Source: Candidatus Omnitrophota bacterium
GTDB taxonomy: Bacteria; Omnitrophota; Gorgyraeia; JABMRN01; RBG-13-46-9
Direction: 5' to 3'
Length of the DNA stretch: 64,000 nucleotides
NCBI GenBank assembly: GCA_020346285.1
Contig: CP070780.1
Location: 1,113,021 to 1,177,020 of the forward strand
Shown here piece by piece: positions 48,787 to 59,061 of the stretch; position 1 is the first letter of the stretch, and every line of letters starts with the position of its first letter. Both the position numbers and the translations under genes were made by a program. Below the pieces are notes generated by a model. It saw nothing but the letters and a program-made list of their open reading frames with translations. It did not search any database and had not been told where the DNA came from.

Positions 48787-49665
48787 ATGAAGATAATAGT
48801 ATTCGGAGGTTCGGGATTTTTGGGCAGCCACGTTGCCGATGTACTTTCAGAAAGAGGCCATGATGTTACTATATTTGATTTAAAGCCGTCCTCGCATTTA
48901 AAAGGCAATCAAGAAATAGTAATCGGGGATATCTTGGATAAAAAAGCTGTGGAAGACATGGTAAAAGCAAAAGATTATGTCTATAATTTTGCAGGTATCG
49001 CGGATATTGACATAGCAAAGATTAATCCTACCGAAACAATCAGGCAGAATATACTGGGTAATTCCATAATCCTTGAGGCCTGCCACAAGCAGAGAATCAA
49101 GCGAATTCTCTATGCCTCTTCCGTATATGTCTATAGCAATTCCGGCTCTTTTTACCGTACCAGCAAACAGGCCTGCGAACTTCTCATAGAAGACTACCAG
49201 AAAGCTTATGGGCTCAATTTCACTGTAATGCGTTACGGCTCGCTTTATGGCCCACGCGCCGACGAAAAAAACTGGGTATACTGCATATTGAAGGATGCGC
49301 TTACGAAGGGTAAGATAACAAGAAAAGGTGATGGAGAGGAAATCAGGGAGTATATCCATGTCCATGACGCAGCCAGAATAAGCGCGGACCTTCTGGATGA
49401 GCGGTACGTTAACGAGTTCGCCATTATATCGGGAAATCAGACGATTAAGATAAAGGATCTTCTAGTGATGATTAAAGAAATAATGAATAATAAAATCGAA
49501 ATCGAATATGTTCCTGCAGGATATGAGGAGCATTACGAGGTTACGCCGTATTCATTCAACCCGAGAATCGCGAAAAAAATAATTAGTAATTCATACCTCG
49601 ATCTTGGCCAGGGAATCCTCGACATCATAGAGCGAATTTATAAGGAAACCCCGCAATGCGCATAA
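48787..49665 (+). CDS. NAD-dependent epimerase/dehydratase
   Basis: GGSGFLG, ASS, YRTSK, RYGSLYGP. Confidence 0.9.
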   Translation: MKIIVFGGSGFLGSHVADVLSERGHDVTIFDLKPSSHLKGNQEIVIGDILDKKAVEDMVKAKDYVYNFAGIADIDIAKINPTETIRQNILGNSIILEACHKQRIKRILYASSVYVYSNSGSFYRTSKQACELLIEDYQKAYGLNFTVMRYGSLYGPRADEKNWVYCILKDALTKGKITRKGDGEEIREYIHVHDAARISADLLDERYVNEFAIISGNQTIKIKDLLVMIKEIMNNKIEIEYVPAGYEEHYEVTPYSFNPRIAKKIISNSYLDLGQGILDIIERIYKETPQCA

Positions 49666-51158
49666 GGGATAAATTCAGAGTTTTGTTTATATACCCGAAT
49701 CTTATGATGAGCACATTGGTACCTATACATATATCGCTTTTATCCTCTTGCCTGAAACAAGAGGGTTTTCAAACAGATTTATTCGATACCACTTATTATA
49801 AAACAGAAGAGATAAGTTTTGATGAAAAAAAGGTCGAATTATTGCAGGTAAAAAAATTCAACTTGGAAGAACAAGGAGTAAAATATAAAGAAACTGATAT
49901 GTATGAAGATCTGATAAAGAAAGTAAAGGACTATAAACCGGACCTTATTGCTATAACCCTGGTCGAGGATACTTACGAGTTGGGTTTATCGTTGTTAAAC
50001 GCTATTAAAGATTTTGATATTCCGGTAATTGCAGGAGGGGTTTTTGTTACATTTTCTCCGGAGAAAACAATTACCAACGAAAATATTGATATGATATGCA
50101 TAGGCGAAGGCGAAGAAACCCTGGTAGAATTATGCGACAAGATGCGTAAAGGGCAAGATTATCCCATGGTCAAAAACTTGTGGATAAAACAAAACGGCAA
50201 AATTATAAAAAACGAACTAAGAAAAATAACAGACATAAATAATCTTCCTTTCATCGATTATGATATATTTGAGCCAAAGAGATTATATAGGCCTATGTAT
50301 GGCAGGATTTATACGATGATACATATTGAGCTGGACAGAGGCTGCCCCTATGAATGCTCTTACTGCGAATCGCCCCAGCTCAGGCGGCTTTACAGGGAGA
50401 AAGGTTGCGGTGTCTATTACAGAAAGAAAAGTGTCGCGAGAATTACCGAAGAATTAAAATGGTTGCTTAAAAAGTATAACCCCGATTATATCTATTTCAA
50501 TTCCGAATCATTTCTCGCAAAATCTCCAGCGGAACTCGGGAAATTCGCTAATCTGTATAAGCGGGAAATAGGCCTTCCTTTCTGGTGCCAATCGAGGCCA
50601 GAAACGGTTACAGAAGAGAAAATAAAAATTCTTAAAGATACGGATTGTCAGAACCTGCAATTTGGCATTGAGCAAGGGAATGAAAACTTTAGGGCAAAGA
50701 TTCTGAAGCGCAGGTGCTCTAATAAACAGATAATAGATGCCATGAAGCTGGTAGAGAAATATAAGATAGCTTATACGGTTAACAATATAATAGGCTTTCC
50801 TGATGAAACAAGAGAGCTAATCTTCGATACAATAAATATAAATCACCAGATTAATCCCACGACGCTTAATTGTTATATATTTGCGCCTTACAGAGGTACA
50901 TATCTTTATAACTACTGTTTAGAAAAGGGTTATCTTACCGAAGATTACAAGATACACCAATTGCTGGATGGTGCGAGATTAAGAATGAATAGCATTACAT
51001 ACGAAGAGTTAAAAGGATTGCAAAGGACATTTCCGCTTTACGCAAAAATGCCGGAGGAGAAGTGGCCGAAAATCAGGATTGCCGAGAGATTTGACGAAGA
51101 AGGAAATCGTATGTTTGAAAAATTACGAAAAGTGTATTATGAAAGATATTTCAAATAA
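49656..51158 (+). CDS. Cobalamin-binding radical SAM enzyme
   Basis: FIYPN, AGG, GEGE, RGCPYECSYC, GIEQG, PYRGT. Confidence 0.9.
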   Translation: MRIRDKFRVLFIYPNLMMSTLVPIHISLLSSCLKQEGFQTDLFDTTYYKTEEISFDEKKVELLQVKKFNLEEQGVKYKETDMYEDLIKKVKDYKPDLIAITLVEDTYELGLSLLNAIKDFDIPVIAGGVFVTFSPEKTITNENIDMICIGEGEETLVELCDKMRKGQDYPMVKNLWIKQNGKIIKNELRKITDINNLPFIDYDIFEPKRLYRPMYGRIYTMIHIELDRGCPYECSYCESPQLRRLYREKGCGVYYRKKSVARITEELKWLLKKYNPDYIYFNSESFLAKSPAELGKFANLYKREIGLPFWCQSRPETVTEEKIKILKDTDCQNLQFGIEQGNENFRAKILKRRCSNKQIIDAMKLVEKYKIAYTVNNIIGFPDETRELIFDTININHQINPTTLNCYIFAPYRGTYLYNYCLEKGYLTEDYKIHQLLDGARLRMNSITYEELKGLQRTFPLYAKMPEEKWPKIRIAERFDEEGNRMFEKLRKVYYERYFK

Positions 51159-53128
51159 TGAAAAGCATACTCTTTGTATTTGATTCCGGGATAAAAATGA
51201 AAAAGAACCTTAAATTACCGATTACATCCGGAGATTCGATATATTTGTTCCCCCTGACCTCAAAGATTTCCGTAACAGGGGCAATCTTGGAAAAAATCAA
51301 ATCTTTAAATGCCGTTTGCGTTACAATCCCCACCGGAAACGCGGTTAATTCCGCAGCCGAGAGAATAAGGGAAAGGTATATACGGTTTATAGCAGAAATC
51401 ACAAATCAGGTTAAATGCGACAACAGAAACTTAAGAGAAATTTTTGCCGTTGACCGGTACGCCAGCCTGTGGTGGCTTGGCCTTGTCTCCGAGAAGAATA
51501 CAATTAAATCCGACGTTTTTAATATTCTTGCGCAGCTCGACTCGATTGTCGAAACAATAAAAAATAAAAAGATTAGGAAAGTTATATTTGGTTGCGACAA
51601 CGAGAAATTAAAAAGTGTATTACGCGAATACGCCTCCAAAAATAGCATGGCATTTAAAGTTTTGCCTGTCAAGAAGGAAAAGGACATAAAAAAACGTTTT
51701 CGGAAGAGTCAAAGGTTATTTTACCTGCGCCATATTCTATCTTTGTTAAATACCGCATTAAAATTCTTTTTTAGGGCCAAAAAAATCAAGCGCAAACTCA
51801 AGGGCCTGCATTTACCTCCGCCCGGGCGAAGGGAATTTGCGACGATTACATATTATCCGAACATTGATGTTTCTCTTGCGCGTAAGGACATCTTTAAGAA
51901 CAGGTACTACAATAAATTACAGGAAGCGCTGGAAAATGAGAAGAAGAATATCGTATGGGTTGCCCTGTATGCAGAGAATAATTCCATATCGTTTAAGGAA
52001 TCCTTAGAGTACCTGGAACAGTTTGTAAAAGCAGGCTACGATATATTCTTTCTGGAAGAGTTTAACTCAATAAACGCAGGGATAAAAAACCTCCTCTATA
52101 TGCTTCGAAGCGGATTAAAGTTTATCAGGCTTGAGGAAAACATTCGCCGCGAACATGTTTTTGACGGTTACAATTTTTATTCACTCCTCAGAAATGACTG
52201 GTTTGCGTCATTTGTGGGAAGCGTGGGTTATTCGGGCCTTTTATTTTACAGCATGTTTAAGGCGTTTTTCAATAAAATTAAGGCTGAAAAATGCTTGTAT
52301 TTCTGCGAAATGCACGCATGGGAAAAGGCGCTCATATATGCAAGGGATGCCGTGGGTTCGAAAACGGCATTATTCGGTTACCAGCATAGTACGGTGTCGA
52401 AAATGCTTTTGAACTACTTTAATAAACCGGACGAAATAAGGAAACTTCAAAATTATATGTTTCCGCAACCGGACAGAATTATCTGTGACGGCCCACTTCC
52501 CCTGAGGTACCTGAAAGAGTCAGGCTGGCCCGAAGATAAACTTACGATTGCGGAGGCCGTACGTTATGACCATTTGAGAAAACAAATATGCAAGAGCCGG
52601 GAAAAAAAGAAAAATACGGTACTCCTGGCGCTTTCCATTAGCACAGAAGAAAGCAGCTCGATTCTTAACATTACTTACCAGGCGCTCAATCAGTTAAAAG
52701 AAATGGAAGTTTGGATTAGGCCGCATCCATTCGCATCCGTGGAAGATATATTTAAGACCTCCGGCATATCCAAAAAAAATCTTACGTTTTCAATCAGAAA
52801 CGAACCCATCGAAAAATTGTTATCCGAAGCCCATATAGTTATTGTCGGATTCTCGGGAGTTTCTGTAGAGGCCGTAGCGTTTGGTTGCAGGATTGTGACA
52901 GTTAATGTCCCCGAATGGATTAATATGTCGGCTTTAAAAGATATAAAGAGCGAGATTGTAAAAACCGCCGGTTCGCCCGCGGAATTACGGGAAATTGTTA
53001 TTAAAATCACCAAAGAGAAATACGACTTTCAAATGATTAAATCCGAATCCAAAAAGATAATAGACGCTTTCTTTTACCTAGATCGGAAATCTGACGTTCC
53101 GGAGCGGTTTATCGAATTACTCAAGTAA
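51158..53128 (+). CDS. Surface carbohydrate biosynthesis protein (LIC13510/TIGR04326-like), possible transferase
   Basis: SLWW...SEK, EMHAWEK, GYQHST, EAVRY, RPHP; family recognised from memory. Confidence 0.6.
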   Translation: MKSILFVFDSGIKMKKNLKLPITSGDSIYLFPLTSKISVTGAILEKIKSLNAVCVTIPTGNAVNSAAERIRERYIRFIAEITNQVKCDNRNLREIFAVDRYASLWWLGLVSEKNTIKSDVFNILAQLDSIVETIKNKKIRKVIFGCDNEKLKSVLREYASKNSMAFKVLPVKKEKDIKKRFRKSQRLFYLRHILSLLNTALKFFFRAKKIKRKLKGLHLPPPGRREFATITYYPNIDVSLARKDIFKNRYYNKLQEALENEKKNIVWVALYAENNSISFKESLEYLEQFVKAGYDIFFLEEFNSINAGIKNLLYMLRSGLKFIRLEENIRREHVFDGYNFYSLLRNDWFASFVGSVGYSGLLFYSMFKAFFNKIKAEKCLYFCEMHAWEKALIYARDAVGSKTALFGYQHSTVSKMLLNYFNKPDEIRKLQNYMFPQPDRIICDGPLPLRYLKESGWPEDKLTIAEAVRYDHLRKQICKSREKKKNTVLLALSISTEESSSILNITYQALNQLKEMEVWIRPHPFASVEDIFKTSGISKKNLTFSIRNEPIEKLLSEAHIVIVGFSGVSVEAVAFGCRIVTVNVPEWINMSALKDIKSEIVKTAGSPAELREIVIKITKEKYDFQMIKSESKKIIDAFFYLDRKSDVPERFIELLK

Positions 53129-53145
53129 AAAGGAGCATTACCAGG

Positions 53146-54054
53146 ATGAATACATTGTTGACCGGTGCAACGGGTTTACTCGGAAGTTATATAGTGAAGG
53201 CGTGGCGGCGAAGAGGAAACCTTATCGGGTTATATTCCGGTAACTATAAAATAGAAGATAAAGAGATCCCGTATTATATCTGCGATGTGCGCGATAATAA
53301 GCTGGAATCTATATTTCGGAAACACAAGATAGATTCCGTGATACACACAGCAGGAGAGAGCAGGGTAGATTTTTGCGAAAGAAATTATGAACATGCTTAT
53401 TCCACAAATGTGACAGGCACCAAAAACATAATTGAGCTGTGCAAGCGGCATAAATCACGCCTCGTTTATGTATCAACCAATGCTGTTTTTGACGGCACAA
53501 AACCGCCTTACAGAGAAACAGACACCCCCAATCCGATAAATACTTACGGCCGCATTAAATTAGAATGCGAAAAATTGGTCCGCGAGGCATCGGACAACTT
53601 TCTTATCATAAGACCCATCTTGATGTACGGATGGAATAATCCTAAGGAGCGCGAAAACATCGCGACATGGCTTTTAAGAAAACTTAAAAACAATGAGCAA
53701 ATTTTACTTGTGGATGACATATACGATAATATGCTTTACGCGCTCGAATGCGCGGACTCTTTGCTTAAACTTGCAGAAGAATCAAAGGGCAACGTGTATC
53801 ACATTGCGGGGAAGGATATTTTAAACCGTTATCAGTTCGGGTTGAAACTTGCCGAGATTTTCGGTTACGATAAAAATTTAATCAAACCCGTAAAGAATAG
53901 TTTCTTTAAGGAAATAGCGCCAAGGCCGAAAAATACCTCATACGATACGGCTAAACTGGAGAAAGAACTTAAGGCAAGGCTTATGGGCGTGGAAGCGGGC
54001 CTTTCGGCGATGTTCAAGGAGAAAAATTGTGCCAGACAAGAAGCCGTTATTTAG
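53146..54054 (+). CDS. RmlD-like NDP-4-keto-sugar reductase
   Basis: GATGLLG, VDFCE, STNAVFDG, PINTYGRIK, APRP. Confidence 0.85.
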   Translation: MNTLLTGATGLLGSYIVKAWRRRGNLIGLYSGNYKIEDKEIPYYICDVRDNKLESIFRKHKIDSVIHTAGESRVDFCERNYEHAYSTNVTGTKNIIELCKRHKSRLVYVSTNAVFDGTKPPYRETDTPNPINTYGRIKLECEKLVREASDNFLIIRPILMYGWNNPKERENIATWLLRKLKNNEQILLVDDIYDNMLYALECADSLLKLAEESKGNVYHIAGKDILNRYQFGLKLAEIFGYDKNLIKPVKNSFFKEIAPRPKNTSYDTAKLEKELKARLMGVEAGLSAMFKEKNCARQEAVI

Positions 54055-54955
54055 TATAGCAGCAACGACTTATAATCACGGCGATTATATAAAGGCGACG
54101 TTGAAATCAGTGCTAGAGCAGACAATACAGGATTTTGAACTAATTCTTGTCGACGACGGCTCAACCGACAATACCAAAGAGGAGGTTTTGAGCATTAAGG
54201 ACGAGAGAATAAAGTATTTTTATCAAGCCCCCACCGGCCTACCTGCCTGCGCAAGGAATAGGTCTATCGAACGTACCTGCGGCAGGTATATCGCCCTTCT
54301 CGACGGAGACGATATATGGTCGCAGGAGAAGCTGGAGAGGTCGCTCGGGGTTTTTAAAGAGAATCCCGAAACAGATATCCTATGCCACGACGTAAATGTA
54401 ACCAATGAAAAGGCAAACAGCAAAAGGCGAGTACGCTTCGGGCCGTATCCGAAAGACCTGTATAGCAAGCTATTATGGGAAGGTTATTGCTTCGGAATAA
54501 GCATGTCCGTATTAAAAAAAGAAGTATTTTTCAAATATAACTTTTGGTTTGATGAGGATAAAAGACTTTTTGCGGTAGAGGATTACGAGTTTTTTTTGAG
54601 GCTCGCTAAATCACAAAAGTTTAACTTCTATTATCTTCCCGAGGCCTTAGCAGAACACGTTGTTTCAGAAAAGGGTGCGATATTGAATAATGTCGATAGA
54701 AATGCAAAAAACCTTCTGTATCTCTTTGATACGCACATAAAGAAGCATAATTATGATACCCCCGATAAAAAGGAACGTATCGCAAAAAGGCGTTCATCTC
54801 TTATAAGGAGTATAGCCCTTTTATATAACTATCGAAGAAATTATTCGAAAAGCCGGCTTTGGTTTATAAAAGCAATAAAGGAATATCCTTTTAACATAAA
54901 TAACTATCTAGGTGCTATACTATCTTCTTTGAAGATACGGGTAGGTACTATATGA
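54029..54955 (+). CDS. Glycosyltransferase family 2
   Basis: TYNH, VDDGSTD, ARN, LDGDD, EDYEF. Confidence 0.9.
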   Translation: MPDKKPLFSIAATTYNHGDYIKATLKSVLEQTIQDFELILVDDGSTDNTKEEVLSIKDERIKYFYQAPTGLPACARNRSIERTCGRYIALLDGDDIWSQEKLERSLGVFKENPETDILCHDVNVTNEKANSKRRVRFGPYPKDLYSKLLWEGYCFGISMSVLKKEVFFKYNFWFDEDKRLFAVEDYEFFLRLAKSQKFNFYYLPEALAEHVVSEKGAILNNVDRNAKNLLYLFDTHIKKHNYDTPDKKERIAKRRSSLIRSIALLYNYRRNYSKSRLWFIKAIKEYPFNINNYLGAILSSLKIRVGTI

Positions 54956-56397
54956 GAGTATGCCTTGTAAGAACCCCGTTTTTTAAACTTTTAGGCATAA
55001 AAAAGGTGCATTTTCCTTTAAGCATAGGTTACCTCGCCTCCTATCTTGAGAAAGGCGGCCATAACGTTAGCTTTGTAGACGGCGAAGCCATAGATTATAA
55101 CCTATACAGAGGATTATTATACAGAAGCCCTATAAATGAGATAGTTGTTTACGCAGACCCGTACTTTATACAGAGAAAAATTAATGTAGTCACGAAGATT
55201 ATGCAGGATAGAAACGCCAACGTATGGAATATATTAATCAAAAAAATATCGGAGACAAAACCCGACGTCGTAGGCATAAGCTGTTATACGGTAGATATGA
55301 CCGCTGCCAGTGTCCTGGCCGGCAGAATCAAAAAAGACTTGGGCAATATCCCGGTTGTTTTGGGAGGCATACATCCCACCTCTGACCCCCAGGGGACTTT
55401 AGAAGGGATTGAAGGTGCGGATTATGTCGTTGTTGGAGAAGGCGAGGAGAGTTTCTTAGCATTAATAAATAATATAGACAAAAAAGGCCGTTTGGATTTT
55501 CCTGTAAAGGGGATTCTTGCCAGAGGCAGAAATTATTTTGAACCGAGGCCGCTTATTGAAGATTTGGATTCAATCCCTTTCCCAAGAAGGGATTTTTACG
55601 ACAAATCAAATTATATTTTCGGCGCTGCACTTTTGACATCGAGAGGATGCGTATTCGAGTGCACATTTTGCGCTTCACATTTAACATGGACCCGAAAGGT
55701 AAGATATAGAAGCGTTGCTAACGTTATCGAAGAGTTAAAGGTTTTGAAAGCAAAATTTGACGTCAAGAGAATAAGGATACTTGACGATACGTTTGTCCTG
55801 AATAAAAAGTGGATTCTGGAATTCTGCGATGCCCTCAAGAAGAATAATCTGAAGTTCACCTTTAACTGCAGCGGCAGGATCAATACAGTAGATGAAGAGT
55901 TGCTGAGGGTTTTATCCGGAAGCGGGTTTGACTCGATAGCCTTCGGCGTAGAAAGCGGTAGCCCGCGCATCATACATAGCATAAAGAAAAATATAGATGT
56001 ATCCAGAGTCACTGATATTATAAAAATGGCTAATAGATTCAAGTTTGACACGACATCCTTTTATATGACGGGGCACCCCGGCGAGACATTGGAAGATATC
56101 AGAATGTCCGAAGAATTGTTTAAAAAATCAATGTCAAAACGCGGCGAATTGAGCATGCTGATTCCCTATCTGAAGACAGGGGTGGGCAATGAGGCCGAGA
56201 AAAAAGGGTTTAAATTTAAAATCAAAGATTGTTACAAGTTTTTTCACGCGCGAAACAGAGTGTTATTTAATATGACCAAATTGTCTGATAGGGAATTCTT
56301 GGCCGAACATAGGAGATTTGAAAAAATTATTAAGCGAAGAAATTATAAGACAGCATTTAAAAAGCTTTTGAAATTGGCTCTAAAATATTGTTTGTAA
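54952..56397 (+). CDS. Cobalamin-binding radical SAM enzyme
   Basis: PLSIGYL, GGIHPT, GEGE, SRGCVFECTFC, DDTF, GVESG. Confidence 0.9.
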   Translation: MRVCLVRTPFFKLLGIKKVHFPLSIGYLASYLEKGGHNVSFVDGEAIDYNLYRGLLYRSPINEIVVYADPYFIQRKINVVTKIMQDRNANVWNILIKKISETKPDVVGISCYTVDMTAASVLAGRIKKDLGNIPVVLGGIHPTSDPQGTLEGIEGADYVVVGEGEESFLALINNIDKKGRLDFPVKGILARGRNYFEPRPLIEDLDSIPFPRRDFYDKSNYIFGAALLTSRGCVFECTFCASHLTWTRKVRYRSVANVIEELKVLKAKFDVKRIRILDDTFVLNKKWILEFCDALKKNNLKFTFNCSGRINTVDEELLRVLSGSGFDSIAFGVESGSPRIIHSIKKNIDVSRVTDIIKMANRFKFDTTSFYMTGHPGETLEDIRMSEELFKKSMSKRGELSMLIPYLKTGVGNEAEKKGFKFKIKDCYKFFHARNRVLFNMTKLSDREFLAEHRRFEKIIKRRNYKTAFKKLLKLALKYCL

Positions 56398-56421
56398 AGC
56401 CATAAAGGATTTACTAAAGAA

Positions 56422-57423
56422 ATGAATGGTCAGTTTTTTTGGTTAAATTGTTCTCAGAAGGATATCTGGAAAAAGTGGCTCTTAAAACTACCGCATGAGA
56501 AAAGAGACATTTATTATGAGCCGGACTATGTCGGGCTCTATGCAGAAGGCACGAGGAGCAGTGCGGACTGTTATATATATGCAAGAAAAGATAATATTTA
56601 TATTTATCCTTTTATAGTGCGCCCTATTCCTCAAATTGTCGGATATTTCGATATCTCCACCTCCTACGGATACGGTGGGCCTATCTTTAATACCGAAGAT
56701 CCTGTTTTTTTGAATCAAGCGTATCAATGTTTTTACCAGGAGGCTTTAAGACGAAACATAATAGCCGAAATAGTTAAGTTCCACCCTTTATTATGTAATC
56801 ATCCGCCGCTTGCAAATATTTTCAAAGGTAATATTATGAAAATGTGTTCTACTGTTTATGTGGATATAAATGTCGATGAAGGCTGCAGATGGAGAAATAT
56901 ATATACCCATGCAAATAGGAAAAATATAAATAAAGCTAAACGAAATAATATTGAGGTTAAGATCGATCAGAGCGAAGAAGCTTGGCAGGCTTTTAAATTT
57001 CTGTATGAGGCTACTCTGAGCGTAAATAAAGCCGATAAATTTTACTTTTTTTCACCTAAATATTTTGAAGGTATACAAGAACATCTTGCCGATAATTATC
57101 TCTTAGTTTCATGCGCAATTGAGGGAAAGATAATATCAGTGATGCTGGTGCTTCTTGGCACAGTTTATGCCCATTGCCACTTAATCGGCACCCAGAGGGA
57201 GCTTATGACTATGGGGGTTAATAATTTACTTCATCATGAACTTATTTTATGGTGTAAAAAGAATGGATATAAAGAGCTTCATATTGGCGGAGGGCGAAGC
57301 GACAGCGACGATGATTCGCTGCTCAGGTTTAAGAAGAATTTTTCAGATAAGACTTCTGCTTTATATGTAGGAGAATCTGTTTTGAATTACGAAATATACA
57401 ATAAGTTATACAGGAAACGATAG
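56422..57423 (+). CDS. GNAT/FemAB-like acyltransferase
   Basis: DIYYEPDY, SYGYGGP, RKNINKA, LHIGGG, LLRFKK. Confidence 0.8.
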   Translation: MNGQFFWLNCSQKDIWKKWLLKLPHEKRDIYYEPDYVGLYAEGTRSSADCYIYARKDNIYIYPFIVRPIPQIVGYFDISTSYGYGGPIFNTEDPVFLNQAYQCFYQEALRRNIIAEIVKFHPLLCNHPPLANIFKGNIMKMCSTVYVDINVDEGCRWRNIYTHANRKNINKAKRNNIEVKIDQSEEAWQAFKFLYEATLSVNKADKFYFFSPKYFEGIQEHLADNYLLVSCAIEGKIISVMLVLLGTVYAHCHLIGTQRELMTMGVNNLLHHELILWCKKNGYKELHIGGGRSDSDDDSLLRFKKNFSDKTSALYVGESVLNYEIYNKLYRKR

Positions 57424-57429
57424 GCCTTG

Positions 57430-58359
57430 ATGATGATTGTTGAAAAAAAACAAAAAGATATAGAACGGTATGTTTTTAATTGGTCTTATTTTAACTCAGC
57501 AAGAGAAGGCTTTAGGCATATACTGGAAACCGAGGGACTAAACGGCAGGAAAATATTAGTTCCTCTTTACGTAGGATATAGTACGAAGGAAGGGTCTGGT
57601 GTTTTTGAACCGATAAGAGAAGCTAAAATGCAGTATGTTTTTTATAATCTGGATGGATGCCTCAATATTAATCTGGAAGATTTGAAGAGAAAAATTAAGG
57701 AAAATCAAAACAATGTTTTATTAATAATACACTATTTCGGATTTACAGATGGAAACCTAAAGAAAATAAAACAATATGCCAAGGAACACGGTATGATAAT
57801 TATTGAAGATTTTGCCCAGGCTTTTTTTACATTTTGGTTAAATCCCATAATTGATTTTGATTATGGTATATTCTCTATACATAAATTGTTTCCTGTAGAT
57901 TCAGGAGGCATGGTAATCGGTAGAAAAAAAATAAAGAGCAGCATTAATAACGGCAATATTAAGTATAATTTATTTAACTATAACATTAAAGAGATAATAC
58001 AAAGACGTATAGAAAATTATAAGTATATCTTGTACAGGATTAAAAAAATGACCGGCTTATATAAAATCACTGTTCTCAAAGAAAAATTGCAGGGGGTTGT
58101 CCCCCATAGTTTTCCGATTTTACTTCCCGACCGTAATATTAGGGATCAGTTGTATTTTCAAATGAATGAAGAAGGTTATGGAGTGATAAGCTTATATCAT
58201 ACATTAATAGATGAAATAGAGAGTCCTTTTACCATTGAGCATAAAATTTCAAGCAGGATATTAAACCTTCCTGTTCATCAGGATGCTGAAAAAGAGGACT
58301 TGGGCAATATGATCGATAGGATGTTTACGATTATCAATGACTATAATAAAAATGTATAG
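57430..58359 (+). CDS. Divergent DegT-family PLP protein
   Basis: SAR, IHYFG, IEDFAQA, FSIHKLF..SGG, LPVHQ. Confidence 0.7.
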   Translation: MMIVEKKQKDIERYVFNWSYFNSAREGFRHILETEGLNGRKILVPLYVGYSTKEGSGVFEPIREAKMQYVFYNLDGCLNINLEDLKRKIKENQNNVLLIIHYFGFTDGNLKKIKQYAKEHGMIIIEDFAQAFFTFWLNPIIDFDYGIFSIHKLFPVDSGGMVIGRKKIKSSINNGNIKYNLFNYNIKEIIQRRIENYKYILYRIKKMTGLYKITVLKEKLQGVVPHSFPILLPDRNIRDQLYFQMNEEGYGVISLYHTLIDEIESPFTIEHKISSRILNLPVHQDAEKEDLGNMIDRMFTIINDYNKNV

Positions 58360-58380
58360 AGAGGGCTTAGAGAATAAAAT

Positions 58381-59061
58381 ATGACCTGGGATGATATCTG
58401 GGAAAAGGTATTTCAAGAGAATGAATGGGGCAGATATCCGGATGAGGGTCTTATCAGGTTTATCGCGAGAAATTTTTTCCAGAGAACAGATAGAGGAAAT
58501 ATCAATATATTGGAAGTTGGATGCGGTCCGGGACCTAATATCTGGTATCTTTCGAGAGAAGGCTTTGACGCTTATGGAATTGACGGCTCTACCAGTGCTA
58601 TTGAAAAGGCAAAAGGGAGGTTGGGCGAAGAGGGTTTAAAAGCATATCTAAGGATAGGGGATATAATAAGCTTACCATATAAAGATAATTTTTTTGACGC
58701 GGTTATAGATATTGAGTGTCTATACAGTAATTCGAGGGAGGATACAAAAACCATTCTCGGAGAGATAAAACGCGTATTAAAGAAAGACGGTTTATTCTAT
58801 AGCAGAACCCTTACGGATGAGATGTATTTAGGAAAAACGCAGACTAAAGTAGGTCATCTGGAGTACAAAAACATATCTGACGGGCCGATAGCTGGAAAAG
58901 GATTTGCAAGACTTATGGATAAGGTAGAAATATCGAATTTATATGGATCTTTTTTCGATATAATATCAGTTGATAAACTCGAATATACCAAAAATAACGG
59001 TTCAATGAAGATTAACGAGTGGATTATTGTTTGCCAAAATAGTCGAAAAAATAGAAAATGA
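58381..59061 (+). CDS. Class I SAM-dependent methyltransferase
   Basis: WGRYP, LEVGCGPG, GIDGS, LPYKDNFFD, RVLK. Confidence 0.9.
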   Translation: MTWDDIWEKVFQENEWGRYPDEGLIRFIARNFFQRTDRGNINILEVGCGPGPNIWYLSREGFDAYGIDGSTSAIEKAKGRLGEEGLKAYLRIGDIISLPYKDNFFDAVIDIECLYSNSREDTKTILGEIKRVLKKDGLFYSRTLTDEMYLGKTQTKVGHLEYKNISDGPIAGKGFARLMDKVEISNLYGSFFDIISVDKLEYTKNNGSMKINEWIIVCQNSRKNRK

